From the NCBI GenBank assembly GCA_946488855.1, contig CAMLWC010000005.1:1-49185 (forward strand): a stretch of 49,185 bases of DNA, in the 5' to 3' direction. A program made the position numbers and the translations under genes. Shown here one piece after another: positions 32,699 through 39,909 of the stretch. The notes beneath the pieces were generated by a model. That model saw nothing but the letters and a program-made list of their open reading frames with translations. It did not search any database and was not told where the DNA came from. The stretch comes from an uncultured Mycoplasmatota bacterium (GTDB lineage Bacteria > Bacillota_I > Bacilli_A > RF39 > UBA660). The first letter of the stretch is position 1. Each line of letters begins with the position of its first letter.

Positions 32699-33742
32699 TT
32701 AATTATATTTTTTTAATATTTTATTTTTATTAAAACTCCAATTAATTGTTTCTCCTTCACTTATTTTATTATTATTGTTAATTAATAATGTTATATCCAT
32801 ATTATCTAAATTATTACATTCATTATAATTTAAAGAAACTATATAACCTACAGGCTTGTCTTTATTGAAATTAGATGTCGAAGGAACACCAATATATAAT
32901 TGATTAATATCATCATGAGAATTATTACATAAAAATCCATTATGTAAATGGCCCGAAATTAAAACATCAAAACTATAATCTTTAAAATAACTTTTTTTTA
33001 TTTCATCAATACTTAATATTTTTTTATCTGGTAAAATCAAACTATAATAAAATTTATGGCTAAAATGAAATGAAGTATTAGAAAATTTTGCTTGCCAATA
33101 TTTTCTTGGGATAACATAAAAATTACTAACATATCTTGTAGTTTGTCTTAATGCGTAATCATAAGATAAAGCACTATCATAAAATAAAGTATTATTTTTT
33201 TTATCGTGATTTCCAATTAGAGCAAATGTCTTTATTTCATTAGGATAATTTTTTTCAAAAGATTCAAATGGACATAATATTTTTTTTGAACTGTCTATAC
33301 ATTTTCCTGAAAAAACATCCCCTAAATGAAAGCATACCTCTACACCTTGTCGTTTAGCAAAAGTATATATATTTTGTAATAATTCAAAATTTTCTAAGTT
33401 TGGATTTCCGATATGAGTATCTGATATTAATAAAAATTTTTTATTTTTATTATCATCAACTTCAAAAGAATAATAATGTCTGCTAAAAGACGAATCGTGG
33501 TAATATTGATCTTCAATATACTTATAAATAGATTCTTTATTCCAATAATCATCACGAACAATTTTACCATAACCAAAATCCGCTAGCAAAATGTTGACAG
33601 CTAAATTTATTTCTTTCAAATCATAACAATAGCCATTTAAATCTAAAATTTCTTTTATTTGACTAATAGTTAATTGGCAATATTTCTGAAATAATTCTTC
33701 TATTTCAGGAACAAGATTATATATTTTATTGTCATAATTCAT
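32699..33742 (-). CDS. Calcineurin-like metallophosphoesterase with ~100-aa N-terminal extension
   Basis: All five motifs present: SDTH, HLGD, GNHD, FSH, SGHLH. Confidence 0.85.
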   Translation of the reverse strand: MNYDNKIYNLVPEIEELFQKYCQLTISQIKEILDLNGYCYDLKEINLAVNILLADFGYGKIVRDDYWNKESIYKYIEDQYYHDSSFSRHYYSFEVDDNKNKKFLLISDTHIGNPNLENFELLQNIYTFAKRQGVEVCFHLGDVFSGKCIDSSKKILCPFESFEKNYPNEIKTFALIGNHDKKNNTLFYDSALSYDYALRQTTRYVSNFYVIPRKYWQAKFSNTSFHFSHKFYYSLILPDKKILSIDEIKKSYFKDYSFDVLISGHLHNGFLCNNSHDDINQLYIGVPSTSNFNKDKPVGYIVSLNYNECNNLDNMDITLLINNNNKISEGETINWSFNKNKILKKYN

Positions 33743-34036
33743 AAATCAAGCCCCCTTTTGAGGGACTATTATATCATAATTTTAAAAAAATTAAAATTTG
33801 ATTATGCAATAATAAATTTATTTAATATTTTACAAGTCTTCTTAACTAACAATATCATAGAATATGTATTATTTGAAATATGTATTTACGCATCTTCATT
33901 ATTTTTAAAATATTATATAATTTATATTATATAATTTACCATTTTAATTTTAAGTTTTTATTGTAATTAAGAATTTCATATTTTTTGATATATTTATTTT
34001 TTAGAATATTTATCTATTATATTCATACTTATAAAT

Positions 34037-34807
34037 TTATTTTAATTTTAAAATTTTTTCTATAATTTCATCCTTAACGTCACAAGTATCCAAATTTTCG
34101 TCTATTAAAGTACGTTTTAACTCTTCATAATCATAAATAGAAGAAAGTTCTTCATGAATCCCTGGTATTGATTTTTTCATACAACAATCAAAACCAGAAG
34201 GAAGATAATAAGCTTGAAATCTATTTTCTAGTATTTCCTTAGGTGTATAATGATAATTATTTTCAAAATTTTTATTCAAAATTAATACATCAAAAAGTCC
34301 ATTAACATCTCTATACCAGGAAATTGCAGCAAGATAGTGAGACATTAGTTGACCACAATCATCTAAATAATTTTCATCCATTCCGTTTTTAATACCCAAT
34401 TCATATAATTTCAATAATTCTTCAGTTTTATAATCTATTCCTACCAATTTTGATGTTAATAAACAATATTGAAAATAATTATAATTCAAATTTCCGTACC
34501 GGCCCATATTAGGATGTATTATTTTAAAAATTTCTTCTAGTAATTTATACCTTTTTTCAAAAGGAACTGAAGTAACCCCACAAGCTAAATGTTGAATATA
34601 ATGTCCTTGATCATCAGGTTTATAAAGAGAATCTTCACGAAACCATCTGCGTAAAGTTTGAATATTTATTTCATCTACTGTATGAACATTTATATAATTT
34701 CTAAGATTAAATTTATTCATTTCAAATTGATAACATTCTAATTTTTTTTCTTTATATGTAGAACTATCTTCTATTCCCAAACTTTTCTTCCATATGTCTT
34801 CTGACAT
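34037..34807 (-). CDS. Hypothetical protein with degenerate ankyrin-like repeats
   Basis: DDQGHYIQHLA, ELGIKNGMDENYLDDCGQLMSHYLA, NNYHYTPKEIL; overlaps the vWA gene by 37 nt. Confidence 0.6.
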   Translation of the reverse strand: MSEDIWKKSLGIEDSSTYKEKKLECYQFEMNKFNLRNYINVHTVDEINIQTLRRWFREDSLYKPDDQGHYIQHLACGVTSVPFEKRYKLLEEIFKIIHPNMGRYGNLNYNYFQYCLLTSKLVGIDYKTEELLKLYELGIKNGMDENYLDDCGQLMSHYLAAISWYRDVNGLFDVLILNKNFENNYHYTPKEILENRFQAYYLPSGFDCCMKKSIPGIHEELSSIYDYEELKRTLIDENLDTCDVKDEIIEKILKLK

Positions 34808-35736
34808 TTTTTATCATCCTCACCTTCTAAATAATTTAAATTATATTTTATATTAATATAATTCATAAAATTATCAAAATCTTGATTTAAATTTTCCCCA
34901 TAAATTCCCATTTCACTAGGTGTAGATATATAAATAGTATTTTTCATTTGTTTTATCTCCTCGTCATTCTTTTTATAAGGATAACCATACCCAACACTCC
35001 AATTATTATTACAATTTGGGATGATTTCTATTGCCCTAAAAATTAGTCGCCTTAAAAATGATGGATGAACTAGTGGAAAGTAACTCAACTTAATATTTAA
35101 TTTTTCTTTATCTCTTTTTATTGGAACAATTATTTCAATCATTTCATCTTCACAAACTGCTGTACTACTAAATTCTAAAATGCAATCAATTCCTAATCTT
35201 TCTAAATAAGTTATCAAACTTAAAATACATACTCCTCTATTTATAACAGCGTCTATTTCCGTAAAAGCTGAATAAGATATTTCAACATTAATTTTAATCG
35301 CTTTTTTAACCGTTTCGTTTATTTTCGTTTTAATATTTTTTGGATTACCACATAAAAACTTTGCCACATTAGGAACATACCCAACACAACTATATTGATT
35401 TTGTAATCTTTCGATTTGACTAAATTTCAAATTCAAAATATTTAATTTTGAAATAAACTTATCATATCCATTATCCCAACCAAAGCGACATAAATTCCAT
35501 GCTTCTTCAAAAGATTCTGTGCCACTAAATGAACAATCATTCATTTTACTGCTAGGACAAGAAAAAACTTCGTAATTAATTGGCATAGTAACAATAGCTT
35601 TTAAAAATGTATCTAAATTATAATAATTATATCTAAATATTTTATATTCACTTTTGTCATGATGATATCCCAAATCTATTTTTATTCCATTATTTGATAT
35701 TTCTTCACCTAATGTTACATTGTTTTCTAATACCAT
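34771..35736 (-). CDS. vWA-like partner of MoxR-type ATPase
   Basis: SFSGTESFEEA..L...GW, VGYVPNVAKFLCG.P, strand followed by EISYS (MIDAS-like ExSxS), HPSFLRRL, GYGYP. Confidence 0.7.
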   Translation of the reverse strand: MVLENNVTLGEEISNNGIKIDLGYHHDKSEYKIFRYNYYNLDTFLKAIVTMPINYEVFSCPSSKMNDCSFSGTESFEEAWNLCRFGWDNGYDKFISKLNILNLKFSQIERLQNQYSCVGYVPNVAKFLCGNPKNIKTKINETVKKAIKINVEISYSAFTEIDAVINRGVCILSLITYLERLGIDCILEFSSTAVCEDEMIEIIVPIKRDKEKLNIKLSYFPLVHPSFLRRLIFRAIEIIPNCNNNWSVGYGYPYKKNDEEIKQMKNTIYISTPSEMGIYGENLNQDFDNFMNYINIKYNLNYLEGEDDKKCQKTYGRKVWE

Positions 35737-37445
35737 CTATACCCACCTTCATTATAATTCATTTTTTTATCTAAACCATATTTTTTAGAAGCATAATTTA
35801 CAAATTGCATTGAATAATCATCTTCGGTTTTTATTCTCGAACAAATTATATTTAAATCATTTTTATCAAGTCCTTGAATAATAGTCCAATCGAAAATATC
35901 TTCTAAATCAAAACAATCCATATCCAATAAATCACTAGCATTTTTTATATTTCTTGTCGATATTACGTGTCTTATTGTATTGCTTTGAATTATATCACGA
36001 ATTTGCCAATACAAATTCAAAATTTCTTCATGATTGATAATATTTCTTTCTAAATCTTTATCATAATCAATAACAATTGGTAAAAATCTATTTAAAGTAG
36101 CTCCATCTAGAGCTTGTCTTCCAGAATAAATCATATCTGCACCCGTTCCAAATGTATTTGCAGCAGCTATTAAATGAAAATCATTATGTGCTTGATAAAA
36201 ATTACCATCAGGAAAAGCCATATAGTGATTATATCCTGTACCAATTGAAGCATTGATTGCTAATAAAGCTGAAGGATTAGAATTATCAATTTCGTCAATA
36301 AAAATAATTCCACCATTTGTAAAAGCTTTAAAAAATTGTGTTTGTACATATCTTCCATTAGCATCGACAAAACCCATTATTTTATATTCATCTGTAACAT
36401 CATTGCAATAATAAAATTGTAATCCTAATGCTTTTGCAACCTGTTCAATTATAACATTTTTCCCACTACCGGCTGGTCCTTTTAAAAGAACTGGTTTTTT
36501 AGTAGAAACTAATTTTAAAATTTTTTCGAAATCTTTATGAAATATATCTTTTGTAGAAAATTGTTTTTTTATTGCTTCAATATTAATATTTACAATTCTA
36601 CATGGATTTTTATTAATTAATATTTTTGTAGATTCCTCTATTACTTGTTTTAAAATGTCAGTTTTTTCTTGCATATAAATTTTATTTAAATCATTAATAT
36701 AAGCTATAAATTCTTTTTTAATTTCTTGACTTTTAATAGCTAAATCATCGTTTAAATTCTTTTTTAAATTTTCTAGCATAGATTTTGTATCACTACAGTC
36801 TTTAATAATTTTATTTAATTCAATTAATTCTTCTTTTATTTTTGAATATATAGAGTTTAATTCTACTTTTTTACCACTTATACTTTTTTCTAGTATATCA
36901 TCAATTGATTTTTGAATTTCATTAATTATATCATTAGAAATTTCTTCAGCCTTATTTTGATAATTTTCCATTTTTTTAAACAATTCTTCTAATTGTTTTT
37001 GTTGTTCAAATATTTTTTCTTCTTTTTCATCATTATCAATTAAATATTGCTGAATTAATTGATTCATTTTTTTATTTTTTTCATCTATTATTGTTGGATT
37101 ATATTCTAACTGTTTTTTTATTTCTGTTACTTCTTGCAACATTTGAAATAACGAAAATTCATTTCCAACAATCGGCATTACTTTTACATGATTTGGAATG
37201 TCAATAATTGTTGTTTTATCTAAATTTACAAAAATAATTTTAATATTTTCCCAATTAAAAGCATTTTTTTGAACAACCAGAATGTTGCTCGGAATATAAA
37301 CATACTGTAACTTTTCCCAATCTAAAAATGTGTTGCTTGAAATTTCTGTAATTGGATTATCCCTAGTTCCAGATGGAATAATGCAGCAAATTTCATTTTT
37401 TACATCATCTATTACTGGTAAAAACATTTGTCTTTCAAGTATCAA
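35727..37445 (-). CDS. MoxR/CbbQ/CobS-type AAA+ ATPase with N-terminal BspA-like LRR and long coiled coil
   Basis: Walker A GPAGSGKN, Walker B IIFIDE, sensor-1 AANT, Arg finger LDGATLNRF; N-terminal ITEISSNTF...LQYVYIPSNILVVQKNAF; TTG start after AGGGGGTG. Confidence 0.85.
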   Translation of the reverse strand: MILERQMFLPVIDDVKNEICCIIPSGTRDNPITEISSNTFLDWEKLQYVYIPSNILVVQKNAFNWENIKIIFVNLDKTTIIDIPNHVKVMPIVGNEFSLFQMLQEVTEIKKQLEYNPTIIDEKNKKMNQLIQQYLIDNDEKEEKIFEQQKQLEELFKKMENYQNKAEEISNDIINEIQKSIDDILEKSISGKKVELNSIYSKIKEELIELNKIIKDCSDTKSMLENLKKNLNDDLAIKSQEIKKEFIAYINDLNKIYMQEKTDILKQVIEESTKILINKNPCRIVNINIEAIKKQFSTKDIFHKDFEKILKLVSTKKPVLLKGPAGSGKNVIIEQVAKALGLQFYYCNDVTDEYKIMGFVDANGRYVQTQFFKAFTNGGIIFIDEIDNSNPSALLAINASIGTGYNHYMAFPDGNFYQAHNDFHLIAAANTFGTGADMIYSGRQALDGATLNRFLPIVIDYDKDLERNIINHEEILNLYWQIRDIIQSNTIRHVISTRNIKNASDLLDMDCFDLEDIFDWTIIQGLDKNDLNIICSRIKTEDDYSMQFVNYASKKYGLDKKMNYNEGGYRWY

Positions 37446-37586
37446 ATAATCACCCCCTAAACATCAAAATCAAACAATAAATAAACATAATTTTATAAAA
37501 TCTTTCATTAACATTTTCTATATATTTTTAACTGTTTTATATTATAATTTTTATTCATTGAAAATAACTTATTTTTTCCTTTCGTG

Positions 37587-37619
37587 TTGTATTATAAATT
37601 AATTTATGCTATAATACAA
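37587..37619. promoter_or_regulatory. Symmetric bidirectional SigA-type promoter
   Basis: TTGTATTATA-N13-TATAATACAA gives TTGTAT-17-TATAAT on both strands. Confidence 0.65.
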
Positions 37620-37640
37620 ATACTTTTTTGTTATTTCATT

Positions 37641-37657
37641 CATAACTATCAGTTATG
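37641..37657. promoter_or_regulatory. LysR recognition box
   Basis: Dyad CATAACT-ATC-AGTTATG containing T-N11-A, just upstream of lysR. Confidence 0.7.
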
Positions 37658-37677
37658 TTTAAAAAGGAAGGTTATAT

Positions 37678-38562
37678 ATGAATGTTAATTTAGAATTGTA
37701 CAAAATATTTTTAAGTGTTGCCAAAAATGGTAACATAACAAAAGCAGCTAATGAATTATTAATTAGCCAACCAGGTGTAAGTAAATCAATTAAAAATTTA
37801 GAAAATCAATTAAATTGTACTTTATTTATTAGAACAAAAACTGGTGTCCATTTAACTAAAGAAGGAAAATTATTTTATGAAAAATTAACTAATGCAATGG
37901 AGATAATTGATAGTGCTGAGAAATCATTAATGGAAATGATTAATTTAGATAGCGGATATATAAGTATTGGTATAAGTAACACATTAACAAAAAATTTTTT
38001 GTTAGAATATTTAGAATATTTTCATAAATTATATCCTAAAATTAAAATTAAAATTTATACTAATCCAACTCCTGAATTAATAGTTAAAGCGCGAAATGAC
38101 ATAATAGATTTTATTATTCTAAACCTTCCTTACAACACCCCTAAAGATTTTAATAAAAAAAATTTAAAATCTATTCAGGATTGTTTTGTTGCTAATTCCA
38201 ACTATGAACAGTTAAAAAATAAAACTATTCCCTTAAAACAATTAAATGAATATCCATTAATTTTATTATCGAAAGGTTCAAATACTAGAAAATTTTTAGA
38301 TGATTTTTGTTCTAATTTAAATATTACCTTAACTCCCAATATGGAAGTTGCTAGTTATTCGTTAGTTCATCATTTTGCAAAAATAGGGTTAGGAATAGGT
38401 TTTGTTATTAAAGATTTTGTCAAAGAAGAATTAAAAAATAATCAAATATTTGAAATAAATACTATTCCTAAAATTAAAAAACGATATATTGGATTAATTT
38501 ATTTAAAAGATAAAACATTAAGTAGTAGTGCAAAAAAATTTTTACAATTATTAGAAAATTAA
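37678..38562 (+). CDS. LysR-family transcriptional regulator
   Basis: GNITKAANELLISQPGVSKSIKNLE...LFIR...LTKEG. Confidence 0.96.
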   Translation: MNVNLELYKIFLSVAKNGNITKAANELLISQPGVSKSIKNLENQLNCTLFIRTKTGVHLTKEGKLFYEKLTNAMEIIDSAEKSLMEMINLDSGYISIGISNTLTKNFLLEYLEYFHKLYPKIKIKIYTNPTPELIVKARNDIIDFIILNLPYNTPKDFNKKNLKSIQDCFVANSNYEQLKNKTIPLKQLNEYPLILLSKGSNTRKFLDDFCSNLNITLTPNMEVASYSLVHHFAKIGLGIGFVIKDFVKEELKNNQIFEINTIPKIKKRYIGLIYLKDKTLSSSAKKFLQLLEN

Positions 38563-38595
38563 AAAACAAGTTTAAATAGTTTAACTTGTTTTATT
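38561..38595. terminator. Bidirectional terminator between lysR and the DUF4956 gene
   Basis: AACAAGTT-N10-AACTTGTT flanked by A/T tracts between convergent genes. Confidence 0.6.
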
Positions 38596-39238
38596 CTATA
38601 TTAATCATATGAATATCTTCTATGTAATCATTATCTAGTTCTAATATTTGATCAGCAAACTCTTTTCCAATAACTTCATAAGTTAGTTCTACTTTATCTT
38701 TTTTAATTGATTCAGTTTTTAAAACACAATTTTTATTAGCAAATATCTTAGCAACTTCTAACGAATCTTTTTTACTAGTATTTACGACTAATAAATATTT
38801 TTCAATTGGTTTAAATACTTTAAAATAACTTATTAAATAAAATAATCCTAACAAAGCACAAGCGATTATTGTAATTAAATAAAGTCCTGCTCCTGACATA
38901 ATACCTACAGCAATTGCCCAAAACATAAATATTGTATCAACCGGATCTTTTACTGCTGTTCTGAAACGAACGATAGATAAAGCACCAACCATACCTAATG
39001 ATAACGCTAAATTAGAATTAATTGTTCTAATTACTAAAGATGTTACCATAGCTAACAATATAATTGATAGTACAAATGATTTAGTATAAGAAACTCCGGT
39101 ATAAGTTTTTTTATAAATATAAGTTATAAATATTGCACATACAAAAGCAATAATAAGTGATAAAAACAAATCACCAGTTGAAATTGTTCCTGTAAATTCT
39201 TCAACTACTCCTTTTTTAATTAAATCTAAAAATCCCAT
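38591..39238 (-). CDS. DUF4956 (MgtC-like) membrane protein
   Basis: SNLALSLGMVGALSIVRFRTAVKDP. Confidence 0.9.
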   Translation of the reverse strand: MGFLDLIKKGVVEEFTGTISTGDLFLSLIIAFVCAIFITYIYKKTYTGVSYTKSFVLSIILLAMVTSLVIRTINSNLALSLGMVGALSIVRFRTAVKDPVDTIFMFWAIAVGIMSGAGLYLITIIACALLGLFYLISYFKVFKPIEKYLLVVNTSKKDSLEVAKIFANKNCVLKTESIKKDKVELTYEVIGKEFADQILELDNDYIEDIHMINIE

Positions 39239-39240
39239 AA

Positions 39241-39909
39241 TTAAATCTCCTTCTTTTCAAAACATAACGCATATTTAGATATTGCTTGTCTTACGCTTGG
39301 TACATTCATAATAACCGAAGCAATATGTTTAGGTAACATTTCATTAAATTTAACTTCTAATACTATATCATCACCTAATGTATCATAAGTTAGACAATCA
39401 CCAAATAAATCATAATTAAATCTACTTGATTTGATATTTTCATCAAAAGTAATTCGTGTATCAAATAATGGATAGGTATAAGCAACTCTATTATAATCTA
39501 CTATAACAGCCGGCTTTAATCCTTTAGTTTTAATGAAAGTTACAAATTCTTTTAATAAGTTATTAGATAAATCAATATCATCTAATTTATTATTAATTAT
39601 TTTATTATATATTTCTTTAGTAATTATCGTTTGTTCTTTATGCGTCAAGTCCCTATCTTTATCTTTTCTTTCTAATCTAATAAATGAATCATCTAAATTA
39701 TATATTCTAATTCGATATTTTTTTCTTTTTTCTACCCCATCTACTTTTTCATAATAAGCACTATTATTGATATCATCAAAATATAAGCTTCTAATAAAAT
39801 AAGTATTATCAATCGAATTTTCATCGATATCCATTATCAAAGCAAGTTGATTTTTTAACATTTCAGCATAAGCCTTATTGATTATGAATTTTAATTCATG
39901 TCTATACAT
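39241..39909 (-). CDS. VTC-domain (polyphosphate polymerase-like, CYTH) protein
   Basis: YRHELKF, YFIRSLYFD, RKKYRIRIY, RITFD, VLEVK, SKY. Confidence 0.92.
   Translation of the reverse strand: MYRHELKFIINKAYAEMLKNQLALIMDIDENSIDNTYFIRSLYFDDINNSAYYEKVDGVEKRKKYRIRIYNLDDSFIRLERKDKDRDLTHKEQTIITKEIYNKIINNKLDDIDLSNNLLKEFVTFIKTKGLKPAVIVDYNRVAYTYPLFDTRITFDENIKSSRFNYDLFGDCLTYDTLGDDIVLEVKFNEMLPKHIASVIMNVPSVRQAISKYALCFEKKEI

Noticed and set aside
33911-33938. Tandem 14-mer TATTATATAATTTA x2 in the AT-rich spacer
   Set aside because: Only two copies in almost pure A/T sequence, so it is expected from slippage or chance.
32616-37587. 8-bp direct repeat TTTCGTGT flanking the phosphoesterase-ATPase block as a target duplication
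   Set aside because: Too short to distinguish from chance without comparative genomes, and both copies sit within promoter regions.
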